Source: an uncultured candidatus Porisulfidus sp. (GTDB lineage: Bacteria; Pseudomonadota; Gammaproteobacteria; Poriferisulfidales; Poriferisulfidaceae). Taken from it: a DNA stretch of 64,000 nt. Below the pieces are notes generated by a model. That model ran no database searches. It was given only the letters and a program-made list of their open reading frames with translations, and had not been told where the DNA came from. Positions within the stretch are counted from its first letter, which is position 1. Each line of letters starts with the position of its first letter. Below, piece by piece: positions 32,801 through 40,405 of the stretch. The DNA is taken from the NCBI GenBank assembly GCA_965116025.1, contig OZ220480.1:352001-416000 (forward strand). Reading direction: 5' to 3'. The translations under genes and the position numbers were made by a program.

Positions 32801-33823
32801 ACGACTCGACACGCCGGGAATCTCGCTCGTGACCTCCACGCCGATTTTCGAGTCCTTAAGCGCCGAATGCGCCGGAACCGCGGTCATCCCGGACCGCGTC
32901 TCCAGATACTTCGTCCCGCCCTGCTCCACCGAAAGCAGGTTGAAGCACTCCCGCACCGTCGACTTCCCGGAAGGCTTGTTCGCGATGAAATCCGCCCTTG
33001 AGACTAGCGTCGGGGCCGGCTTCCGCGGCGTGGCCTCCACCCAGCCCTGGTTGTTGGCGGTGCTTATGGCGATCACGGTCCGGCCCCCCGGACCCACCAG
33101 CCGAACCCGGAAGACGCCTCGCTCGCCGTCGCCGTTCGCGGGCGCCCCATACGAGGCTTTTCTCGTGCTGACGCCGCCATCCAAATCGAGCCAACGGCCC
33201 TCTCCGTTCCGGTCCCGAAGCCGGATCCACTCGACCTGCCAGCTCACCGCCCCATCGGTGGAGCCCTTGTAATTCCAAAAAAGATCGAACCCACGATCCA
33301 CTCCTACCACCCTGAGGCTGACCTGCGGCAACGTCACGGAGCGCTCGCTGGAGAGACTCCCCGTGCCGCTGTCGGCATCGATCGTCTGCATCCGAAAGTA
33401 ATAGGTCTGGCCAGCGTCCAGTCCAGAAACGACGTGCGACCCCGAGCTCTTCCCCGCGGAGTCGGGAATGAGATTCCAGCCGCCATAACTTCCCGAGGAT
33501 GCCTTATACCGGTACTGCCATGCCCCAACCGAACTCGGAGACAGGCTCGTCTGGTAGTTCAGCGTGATCTCCCCGGAGTTCGGGCCCAACGTGACGCTGG
33601 TGAGGGTGGCCGCCCAGGCGACCCGCGGCGCGAGCGCGCAAAGCGCGAGAAGAAAAGCGGCGAGAAACGCCGCGCTCAGGCGGCGGGCGGCGCTCCCGAG
33701 GCGGCCATCCACCGCCTCAGCCCCGCCACCATATAGGGGGGGGGGGGGGGGGGCAGCGGATACGGAGGAGCGCGCGTCAGGCCCCAAGCGCCCGACCCGC
33801 CACGTCGCCAATACAGTCGTCAT
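26870..33823 (-). CDS. Giant autotransporter adhesin (2317 aa) with multiple FN3 and Ig/Calx-beta-like repeats
   Basis: Extended signal peptide ending AWA; FN3 motifs (LSW...WQY...L.NG..Y.FQVRA); repeated LTV.EG.S..Y.V.L...LTFT..W..AQTVTV modules; C-terminal beta-barrel ending in W. Confidence 0.88.
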   Translation of the reverse strand: MTTVLATWRVGRLGPDARSSVSAAPPPPPLYGGGAEAVDGRLGSAARRLSAAFLAAFLLALCALAPRVAWAATLTSVTLGPNSGEITLNYQTSLSPSSVGAWQYRYKASSGSYGGWNLIPDSAGKSSGSHVVSGLDAGQTYYFRMQTIDADSGTGSLSSERSVTLPQVSLRVVGVDRGFDLFWNYKGSTDGAVSWQVEWIRLRDRNGEGRWLDLDGGVSTRKASYGAPANGDGERGVFRVRLVGPGGRTVIAISTANNQGWVEATPRKPAPTLVSRADFIANKPSGKSTVRECFNLLSVEQGGTKYLETRSGMTAVPAHSALKDSKIGVEVTSEIPGVSSRGPNTNLSPCADLGLGKHTVTWSWRGVDGSADPAGTTSTTVTVRVAPPLSLTSLSATASEDMARLSWGVRLRHGSTSFDYRWRRKGEGEADWTEVSIPGSDGSARSHEVVTSGFFNGEVLEYQARGVNASDPGPWSDTVEATVVNANKPLLSLTPATVSVERTGGATYAVALSEALSGVVSASSSDAGKATVEPSRLTFTSSSWNVAQTVTVTGVAAGTATLTHGFTYAGKSAAAFADAGSVSVTVRELSVPEKPAGFSVQPGDGRARLSWTDPGDATITKWQYRRKEGTGSYGAWMDVPSSGAGTTHYDVGDLTNGTTYGFQVRAVSDNGNGLVSDADAGTPKAAVAPTLSVAAKAGGAAGLSWVVADADPHAVVTDGSHLNDWYFRSRRKGKTGWGSSTWMRLSQPHTRSYDDSANWLNGAVIEYQVRHSGRAWSAGGFGNRFGPWSNAAEATMTNASAARSALTLAGAPVSVEPNGTATYTVALHGDALITVGDSGTLTIASSAPGKATASPPVLTFTQANAAMARTVTVSGVAAGTATLTHAFRLAGASADFIPEAGSVKVTVAEAATAVPAKPTGLAASPGAGRATLSWDDLDDDTVTVWRVQWKKGSAAWEDWANMEGTDATSTSHVVSGLENGAEYRFRVRAVNGEGVGAASDASAGVTPAASAGVSVAPTALTVEEGGSGSYAVVLDAAPSAPVTVSVGGASGEVTASGAPLTFTTANWATAQTVTVSAGTDEDVEDDVATLTHAASSGDAAYGSALSVDAVVVTVSDATPTLRLSTDPAKVTEGTAISLTITSDKALTGDLSVRLRLAARDASGFDAADIVGALERDFVAEFGSAASHAGTVTIRTVADAETEGDETYRITLMDDTGYAVAASASARRADGTLGDGAAATVVKPSGRPTLSTAAGDGQVTLSWTLPRADASIAAWQMRRKKRAARWGGWTSISGSVAATRSHAVTGLDNGARYQFQVRARNSAGAGPASSPEPATPTAGLATPTLMATAGDRSVTLSWDAQPGVAWWVYQYTNDESRAKMPPEWGTRRVRGSQTSAVERGEGTGFRNGVEYTFRMYAEAPDGTRAPENGYSTEVKATPTAAPGVILSRSELTVAEDGTRTYTVRLNTKPEGGVTVAPSSSDPGAATASGSLAFTTANWSMAQTVTVSGVQDNDVGDEEVTVSHAVSGYGSVTAGSVTVTVRDDDAASATVSTAALTVAEGGSGSYTVVLGAEPSAAVTVSVGGASGDVSAAPTRLTFTTASWSTAQAVTVSAASDDDTMPDPSTRLTHSATGGGYDAVAFGSVSVSVTEDDPGGTVAPTELTVVEGGSAAYTVVLHIPPPEAGDVVVTVGGASGDVSAAPTSLTFTAASWSTARTVTVSAAADEDAEAEAAVTLTHAIAGGGYDAATLSDVSVSVSETTPILQLSMDPSVTAEGEAIRLTVASDKAVTGMLAVRLRLSAREDSGFDAEDVEGGLGPRDFQANFGAEAGMTGMVLIPTAGDEGSEGEEAYRVELLAGTGYAVGADALADGIVSDRLGAAARASRVNAAALPQALAAAVAQATGVIAQRIELAASGVEPEALDLGAALASGAGADGAGLDWRAALSGMALATGLTGADGSRVASVWVRGALSSLDGSEDGVSWDGEVWSAHAGVDFRARPDVLAGVAASYAEGDLDTEADGVRGRHETRLASVRPYVAWLLEDGSSLWASASYGRGKVRVREDGQATREADLRTRSASAGGWRTLSERSGAGGDVLRLALRGEGSLARARTDAEDGLEGLSVDASRVRLALEGSRERVLEDGGRLTPALEAGARYDGGDATDGAGAELGASVSYLDGTGRMSVELRTRMLVAHEADRDEWSASARMSVTPEASGRGPSLRLSLGRGDAGSGLARLFAREGSSARLGEAEARTRLEAEVGQGLSGPWAGLATPYAGLSVEESGLALLRLGTRYRRGETLALALEAETGGESRIALRASLRW
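28665..29090. repeat. Near-identical ~100-bp intragenic direct repeat (about 28665-28765 and 28989-29090) in adjacent Ig-like modules
   Basis: Shared gccgtcgaccagctcgccg.cgtgaacgtcagg..cgtcggcgccgccgacacgtctcccgacgccccgcccaccg. Confidence 0.75.
33736..33753. repeat. G18 homopolymer (C18 on the coding strand) in the autotransporter 1 leader, in frame
   Basis: 18 consecutive G, starting 70 nt after the ATG at 33823. Confidence 0.9.
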
Positions 33824-33905
33824 CTCTCTCGTATCTCCCTCGCTCCCACGCGCGCGGCGCGCGACATTATAAACGCATTTGGAATGGTCTCGGCGCCATC
33901 TCCGA

Positions 33906-35105
33906 TCAAAACTCGATCCGCCCCGTCACGTCGAAAACCTTGCGGTACTCCACCAGGATGTGCCGATCGCTCAGGCTGGCGATATAGTCGGCGATCACCC
34001 GCGCCCGCCCCGCATCGCCGCGCTCCTCCTCCTTCTCGCGGGCGCGTAGCCGCGACTCCGTCGGTAGCAGACCAGGCTTTTCCATGAAACTCTCGAACAG
34101 ATCCCGGATCACGCGGGCGATCTTGTTGGCGGCCCGCGCCAGCCGGTAATGACGGTAGAAGCGCTTCTCCAGAAACCGGGTCACCGGAACCATCTCGGCG
34201 CGAATCTCCTTGCCGAACGCGGCCAGCCGCTCTGGCCGGGCGCGCGCGTCCTGAACCGAGTCGGGCCGCGCCTTCTCGATTCGCTCCCGAGTGGTCAGGA
34301 TCAGGTCCGTCATCATGGCCGTGATCATGCGCCGATTGGCCTCGTGCAGCAGCGCGCGCCGAGTCAGGTTCGGGTCGCTTCTCCTCGCCGCGTCGTAAGC
34401 GTCGGAGAACAGGCGCAACTCCCGCGCGTCCTCAAGAGCGAGCAGTCCCAGCCGCAAGCCGTCGTCCAGATCGTGGTTCGTGTAGGCGATCTTGTCCGCC
34501 AGATCGACCAACTGGGCCTCCAAGGTCGGAGAGCCGCCTTTGAGAAACCGCTCCCCCAGCGGCCCAAGAGTCTTGGCGATCTCTTTCGGGCAACGCTTCA
34601 GCACGCCCTCGCGGGTCTCGAAACTCAGGTTCAGCCCCCGAAAGCTGGCGTACTTGTGCTCCAGCTTGTCGATGACGCGCAAGGATTGCAGATTGTGCTC
34701 GAATCCTCCGTACTCCTTCATGCAGTCGTCCAACACGTCTTGGCCAGCATGGCCGAACGGCGCATGCCCGAGGTCATGCGCCAGCGCGACCGCCTCGGCC
34801 AGATCCTCGTTGAGGCGCAGCGCGCGCGACAGCGCGCGCGACAGCTTGGCCACTTCAATGCTATGCGTCAGCCGAGTGCGAAAGGATCCGTCCGCGTAGT
34901 TCACCATGACCTGAGTCTTGTACTCCAGGCTCCGGAACGCGGCCGCGTGGATGATTCGGTCGCAGTCGCGCTGGTATAGAGTCCGGAACTCGTCCGGCGG
35001 CTCGGCGTGCCGGCGACCCCGCGAATGGAACTCGCTCGCAGCATACGGCGCGAGTCTGGACGCGCCTGGACCCTGGCCCCGGGATTCCAGCAGATCCACC
35101 GCCAT
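33906..35105 (-). CDS. dgt: Deoxyguanosinetriphosphate triphosphohydrolase
   Basis: KTQV, RTRLTHSIEV, HDLGHAPFGHAG, FEHNLQS. Confidence 0.93.
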   Translation of the reverse strand: MAVDLLESRGQGPGASRLAPYAASEFHSRGRRHAEPPDEFRTLYQRDCDRIIHAAAFRSLEYKTQVMVNYADGSFRTRLTHSIEVAKLSRALSRALRLNEDLAEAVALAHDLGHAPFGHAGQDVLDDCMKEYGGFEHNLQSLRVIDKLEHKYASFRGLNLSFETREGVLKRCPKEIAKTLGPLGERFLKGGSPTLEAQLVDLADKIAYTNHDLDDGLRLGLLALEDARELRLFSDAYDAARRSDPNLTRRALLHEANRRMITAMMTDLILTTRERIEKARPDSVQDARARPERLAAFGKEIRAEMVPVTRFLEKRFYRHYRLARAANKIARVIRDLFESFMEKPGLLPTESRLRAREKEEERGDAGRARVIADYIASLSDRHILVEYRKVFDVTGRIEF

Positions 35106-35109
35106 GGGA

Positions 35110-36186
35110 TCAGCCCGTTCCCGCCAGCGTGGCCAGCAACGACCCCTCGTCCACCTGACCGGTGATTTCCGCTTGGCCGATCGCCCGCATCAGGACGAGG
35201 CGCTGTCCGCCGCCGACGTTTTTCTTGTCGTGCCGCATGTGGGCGCGCAACCGCTCGGCGGCCAGATTCCCCGGCAGTCGGGTCGGCAGCCCCGCGCGCT
35301 CCACAAGGGCCCGGATCCGCCCGACCGCGCGGGAGTCGAGCCATCCCATCCGCATCGACAAGTCGGCGGCCAGGACCAAGCCGCAGGCCACCGCCTCGCC
35401 GTGGCGCCACTCCACATAGCCCTGCTCGGTCTCGATCGCGTGCGCGAAGGTATGCCCCAAATTCAGCAACGCGCGCGCGCCGGAACGCTCCCGCTCGTCG
35501 GCCGCCACGACCCGCGCCTTGCTGGCGCAGGACGTCTTGATCGCGTAGACCAAGGCGTTCGCCTCCCGCGCCAGGACCTCCTCGATATGGTCTTCCAGCC
35601 ACTCGAAAAACTCCGCGTCGTCAATCAGGCCGTACTTGATGATCTCGGCCACTCCCGAGCGCAGCTCCCGGTCCGGCAAGCTGTCCAGCGTCAAAGGGTC
35701 GATCAGCACGACTTTCGGTTGCCAGAACGCGCCGATCATGTTCTTGCCCAGCGGATGGTTGACCCCGGTCTTGCCGCCGACCGAGGCGTCCACCTGCGCC
35801 AGCAGCGTGGTCGGGACCTGCGCGAAATCGACTCCGCGCATGTAGGTGGCGGCCGCGAAGCCAGCGAGATCGCCCACGACCCCTCCGCCGACCGCCACGA
35901 GAGCGCACCCCCGGCCCAGCCCCCGCTCCAGCAACCAGGTGTACAGTCCGTTAAGGTCTTCCAAGGTCTTGTGCCGCTCGCCATCCGGGAGGACGTAGCG
36001 CCCGCGGCAGGCCGAACCCAACTTCTCCGCGAGCGGGCGAGCGTATCGCTCCTCGACGCTCGGGTGAGTCACCAGCGCGACCTCGTCTCCCAAGAGCGCG
36101 GCCCAGCGCGCGGAATCCTCGAGCAACCCCTCGCTAATCAGAATCGGATACGAATCGCCCTTCAGGGCGACGGTCAGTTCGTGCAC
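35110..36186 (-). CDS. aroB: 3-dehydroquinate synthase
   Basis: GGGVVGDLAGF, PTTLLAQVDASVGGKTG, LNLGHTFAHA. Confidence 0.96.
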   Translation of the reverse strand: MHELTVALKGDSYPILISEGLLEDSARWAALLGDEVALVTHPSVEERYARPLAEKLGSACRGRYVLPDGERHKTLEDLNGLYTWLLERGLGRGCALVAVGGGVVGDLAGFAAATYMRGVDFAQVPTTLLAQVDASVGGKTGVNHPLGKNMIGAFWQPKVVLIDPLTLDSLPDRELRSGVAEIIKYGLIDDAEFFEWLEDHIEEVLAREANALVYAIKTSCASKARVVAADERERSGARALLNLGHTFAHAIETEQGYVEWRHGEAVACGLVLAADLSMRMGWLDSRAVGRIRALVERAGLPTRLPGNLAAERLRAHMRHDKKNVGGGQRLVLMRAIGQAEITGQVDEGSLLATLAGTG

Positions 36187-36309
36187 GAGAAGTCCTTCAG
36201 CATCCGCGTCAAGCGGGATTCTATACCGATCGGTTCCGCCTCTCTCGAACGCCGCGCCAGCCGGAAGACGATTCTCCTGACGCCTCGCGCCGCGCGGAGC
36301 GACCGCGGG

Positions 36310-36849
36310 CTACGGCAACCCGGGAGGCTGATCCAACCATTCGACGATTCGCCCGCAGGCATCCCGCGCCGTCAGATCATCCATCCGGAGCTCGTGGTCG
36401 CGCAATTCCCGATACAGAGGACCACGCTCGCGGGACAGTCGCTTCAGGGTCTCCTCCGGGTTTCCGTCCAGCAACAGTGGACGGCTGCGGTCCGCGCGCA
36501 GGTTTCGCAGCTGGACCTCCAGCGACACGTGAAGATGAATCACCGTTCCGCGCGAGGCCAGAAGGCGGCGATTCTCCGCATCCAGCACGGCCCCGCCACC
36601 GGTCGCCAGCACGATGCCCTCGCGCCGCGCCAGTTCCGCGATGACCTCGCGCTCTCGACGGCGGAATCCCTCCTCTCCCTCATGCTCGAAGATCTCCAAA
36701 ACCGTCACCCCGGTCCGCTCCTCCAGCGCCGCGTCGCTGTCAAGAAACTCCCGCCCCATCGCCTTCGCCAGCAAGGAGCCGACCGTCGTCTTGCCAGCGC
36801 CCATCGGGCCGATCAGAAACACGTTGGGGTGATGCGTGGACACGACCAT
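36310..36849 (-). CDS. aroK: Shikimate kinase
   Basis: GPMGAGKTT P-loop, GEEGFR, ATGGG, RPLL. Confidence 0.95.
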   Translation of the reverse strand: MVVSTHHPNVFLIGPMGAGKTTVGSLLAKAMGREFLDSDAALEERTGVTVLEIFEHEGEEGFRRREREVIAELARREGIVLATGGGAVLDAENRRLLASRGTVIHLHVSLEVQLRNLRADRSRPLLLDGNPEETLKRLSRERGPLYRELRDHELRMDDLTARDACGRIVEWLDQPPGLP

Positions 36850-36911
36850 GAGAGGCCTGATTATCAAGCCCACACTATACTAAAGCCCTAGCTCGGACGC
36901 CCGCCTCGGAC

Positions 36912-39299
36912 ATGGAAATCACCCGTCGTCTTCTCAGACTCGTCGCCTTGGCGGTCATGCCGGTCCTGCTCGCCACGCTTGGGGCCTATCTCTACATCCA
37001 GCCCAGCATGCCGACGGTCCAGGAGCTTCGGGACGTTCATCTGCAAACGCCGCTCCGCGTGCGTTCCCGGGACGGGACGCTGCTCGCGACCTATGGCGCC
37101 AAGCGCCGCATCCCCGTCACTCTCGACGAGATCCCGTTGCCCATGCGGCAAGCGTTCATCGCGTCCGAGGACGCTCGTTTCGAGCGCCACCACGGAGTGG
37201 ACGTCCAGGCCCTGCTCCGGGCCGCCGTGGATCTGGCGCGCAGCGGACGCATCCGGCAAGGCGGCAGCACCATCACCATGCAGCTGGCGCGCAACTTCTA
37301 CTTGACCCGGCAGCGCCATTTCATCCGGAAGCTGCGCGAGATTTTTCTCGCCCTTCGCATTGAGCGAGAGCTAGGCAAGGACGAGATTTTAGAACTGTAC
37401 CTGAACAAGATCTTTCTCGGGCAACGAGCCTATGGCGTGGGCGCGGCGGCCGAGGTGTACTATGACAAGCGCCCGAAAGACCTGACCCTGGCGCAGATGG
37501 CCACGATCGCCGGCCTGCCCAAGGCGCCTTCCGCCCTCAATCCGATCCGCGACCCCGAAGCGTCCCGCGCGCGGCGGCGCTACGTGCTGGACCGCATGGC
37601 GCAGGATGGATACATCACGAGCGCGCGACGCCAAGAGGCCGCGGAGGCCCCGGTCACCGCGCGGCGTGGCCACTACCGCGGCCTCGCTCCCTATGTGGGA
37701 GAGATGGTTCGGTCAGAAATGGTGCGGCGGTTCGGGACGGAAGCCTACACCGAGGGATACACGGCCCACCTGACCATCCACGACGACCTGCAGGAGGCAG
37801 CCCGCGCGGCCGTGCGCAGAGCGCTCATCCGCTACGACCTGCGTCACGGATGGCGCGGCGCGGAACGGCGCCTGGACCCGCTTCCAGACAGCAAGCGGGA
37901 GCTCGACCAAACCTTGGCCGGCGCCCGGACCCGGGGCGGCTTCCAGAATGGCGTCGTGGTCCACGCGGGACCCGAGGTCGCCCACGTGTACTTGGGCGAA
38001 GGTCGTTGGGCGGAGCTCACGCTCGACGAGATCCTCTGGGCGCGGCCGATGGAGCATGTCGATCGGCTCGGACCCGCGCCCCGGTCGACCACGGACGCGT
38101 TACGGCCCGGCGACCTAGTGCTTCTGACGCGCAAGGACGGCATCTGGCGTCTGCGGCAAATCCCCGAGGCCTCCGGCGCGCTGGTCGCGCTCGACCCGAT
38201 GGACGGCGCGATCCGGGCCTTGGCCGGCGGCTTCGACTTCTCCCTGAGCAAGTTCAACCGCGCGACCCAGGCGCGCCGGCAGCCCGGCTCCAGCTTCAAG
38301 CCGTTCCTGTACGCCGCCGCCCTGGCCAAGGGGTACACCCCGGCCACGCTGGTGAACGACGCGCCCGTCGTCTACCACGACCAGGGCATCGAGGGGGCCT
38401 GGCGTCCCGAGAACTACAGCGGCCAGTTCTACGGGCCCACCCGTCTGCGCAAGGCCCTGACCTTCTCGCAAAACGTGGTCTCGATTCGCATGCTCGACGA
38501 TATCGGAAGCGACTACGCGCGCCGCTACGTGGAGCGATTCGGCTTCGACGCCGAGGCCTTGCCCGACAACCTGACCCTGGCTCTGGGGACGGGCGAGGCC
38601 ACCCCGCTGCGAATGGCCACGGCGTACGCGGCGCTCGCCAATGGGGGCTACCGGGTGGAGCCATACCTGATCGAGCGCGTCGAGAATCAGGAGGGAGAGC
38701 CGGTTTACGTGGCCACCCCCCGAAGGGTCTGCGACGAGGCCTGCCAGGAGCGAGCCCTGTCGCGATCGGTTTCCCCTAGATCAGAGATGTCCGCCCTGAT
38801 GCCGGAGAGCGCCGCGCCTCGCGTGCTCGACCGGCGAATTCACTACCAGATCGTCAGCATGCTTCAGGACGTGGTCCAGTTCGGCACCGCGCGCGGCGCC
38901 TTGGCGCTGAAGCGAAAGGACCTGGCCGGGAAAACCGGCACCACGAACGACCAGCGCGACGCCTGGTTCAGCGGATTTCACTCCCGGATCGTGGCCACCG
39001 CCTGGGTCGGGCGGGACGACCATGGAAAGCTGGGACGGCGCGAGGTCGGCGGCACGGCGGCGCTGCCCATGTGGGTCGATTTCATGAAGGTGGCCCTGGA
39101 CGGAGCGCCGGAACGGCCACTGCCCATTCCCCCGGGAATCGTCCAAGCGCGGATTGATCCCGACGACGGCCTGCTCGCTCCGCCCGGCAGCGAAGACAGC
39201 ATCGTGGAGACGTTCCGGGAAGAGCGCGTGCCGGAGCGATTGTCGCGAGAGATTCGCGCGGCCCCCGGGGGCGACAGCGCCGAGATGCGACTGTTTTAG
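36912..39299 (+). CDS. mrcA: Penicillin-binding protein 1A
   Basis: EDARF, GGSTITMQ, RKLRE; SSFK, SQN and KTG transpeptidase motifs. Confidence 0.95.
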   Translation: MEITRRLLRLVALAVMPVLLATLGAYLYIQPSMPTVQELRDVHLQTPLRVRSRDGTLLATYGAKRRIPVTLDEIPLPMRQAFIASEDARFERHHGVDVQALLRAAVDLARSGRIRQGGSTITMQLARNFYLTRQRHFIRKLREIFLALRIERELGKDEILELYLNKIFLGQRAYGVGAAAEVYYDKRPKDLTLAQMATIAGLPKAPSALNPIRDPEASRARRRYVLDRMAQDGYITSARRQEAAEAPVTARRGHYRGLAPYVGEMVRSEMVRRFGTEAYTEGYTAHLTIHDDLQEAARAAVRRALIRYDLRHGWRGAERRLDPLPDSKRELDQTLAGARTRGGFQNGVVVHAGPEVAHVYLGEGRWAELTLDEILWARPMEHVDRLGPAPRSTTDALRPGDLVLLTRKDGIWRLRQIPEASGALVALDPMDGAIRALAGGFDFSLSKFNRATQARRQPGSSFKPFLYAAALAKGYTPATLVNDAPVVYHDQGIEGAWRPENYSGQFYGPTRLRKALTFSQNVVSIRMLDDIGSDYARRYVERFGFDAEALPDNLTLALGTGEATPLRMATAYAALANGGYRVEPYLIERVENQEGEPVYVATPRRVCDEACQERALSRSVSPRSEMSALMPESAAPRVLDRRIHYQIVSMLQDVVQFGTARGALALKRKDLAGKTGTTNDQRDAWFSGFHSRIVATAWVGRDDHGKLGRREVGGTAALPMWVDFMKVALDGAPERPLPIPPGIVQARIDPDDGLLAPPGSEDSIVETFREERVPERLSREIRAAPGGDSAEMRLF

Positions 39300-39343
39300 C
39301 GCCGCCGAGCGCTTGAATTCCGGACCATCAAGAGCGCTTGGCA

Positions 39344-40393
39344 ATGACGACCGGCCTAATTCGAGCCCAGCGATACGCCGACGCGATCCGTGGCAGTGGA
39401 TTGTCGATCTACGACCCCGTTGAGGTCGGCGACCCTCAACTCTGGATTCCAACGCCGACGCTGGAACGTCTGCTCGACGCGACCATGTCTGGCGTCTCGC
39501 TCGCTGACCTCCCGCTACGCAGCCGCTCAAAGGTTGTCAAGGAACGCATCTGCCAGTCGCTCGGATACCCTGTGCCGCCCGGTTTCAAAAGGGTGAGGCC
39601 ACGCTTTCCGGGTCAACGCCTCGATGCCTACGCGCAAAAATCCAACAACCTCCAGATTTGGAATGAGCAACTGGAAGCCACCCGGCGCTACGCGATCATC
39701 CGGATTGGACCGAAGAACGAGATTCGCAAGGTCAAGGTAGTGACGGGCTCCGCGCTGGCGTCGCTCGACTCGACCGGAACTCTAACCCGGAAATATCAGG
39801 CGAGACTGATTCTTGGCGAAGCCAACGCGGAGCTGGTTAGCGAGAGGGATACGGACGCGCTCAGAGGCATTGTGGAGACGAACGTCGATCTGACGGATAC
39901 GGCTCGCCCAGCGAGCGGTCCAGGCGCAACGGGGTTATTGCCGATCCAAGGGATATTTGACCGCCTTCAGGTCCTTATAGGCGAATCGTTCGAAGATGTC
40001 GGGCGCGATCAAGAACGAAACCGAGGCGCGTTATTGCACAAACTCGTGTGTCAGATCTTGGGATGCGATGAGTATCGCGATGATGGCCAGTTTCCCGATA
40101 TTCGGAATCAGTTGTTGGAAGTGAAGCTCCAAACGTCGCCAACCATCGACCTGGGCTTGGCGCGTCCGAACAGCGAGGAAGCGTTGGACGCGCCGAGGTT
40201 TGGTAACCGGCAAGTTCGATATCGCGATGTCCGCTATGCGGTGTTCTACGCTCGGACTGATGGACGGGTCGTCACCTTGACGCATCTGTTTTTGAGCACT
40301 GGCGAAGAGTTCTTCGCTCGGTTTCCGCAGTTTCAGGGCGCGGTTCTGAATAAGAAGCTCCAGATCCCATTGCCGCCAGATTTCTTCGAATGA
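39344..40393 (+). CDS. Putative type II restriction endonuclease
   Basis: PD...EVK (FPDIRNQLLEVKLQTSPT) nuclease motif; convergent with a methyltransferase; lower GC. Confidence 0.7.
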   Translation: MTTGLIRAQRYADAIRGSGLSIYDPVEVGDPQLWIPTPTLERLLDATMSGVSLADLPLRSRSKVVKERICQSLGYPVPPGFKRVRPRFPGQRLDAYAQKSNNLQIWNEQLEATRRYAIIRIGPKNEIRKVKVVTGSALASLDSTGTLTRKYQARLILGEANAELVSERDTDALRGIVETNVDLTDTARPASGPGATGLLPIQGIFDRLQVLIGESFEDVGRDQERNRGALLHKLVCQILGCDEYRDDGQFPDIRNQLLEVKLQTSPTIDLGLARPNSEEALDAPRFGNRQVRYRDVRYAVFYARTDGRVVTLTHLFLSTGEEFFARFPQFQGAVLNKKLQIPLPPDFFE

Positions 40394-40405
40394 AAGACAA
40401 GGCTT

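Noticed and set aside
26788-33001. Very long alternative ORFs (641, 1374, 427 and 1487 aa) overlapping autotransporter 1
   Set aside because: Low-complexity Pro/Arg/Gly shadow frames caused by the extreme codon bias of the real gene
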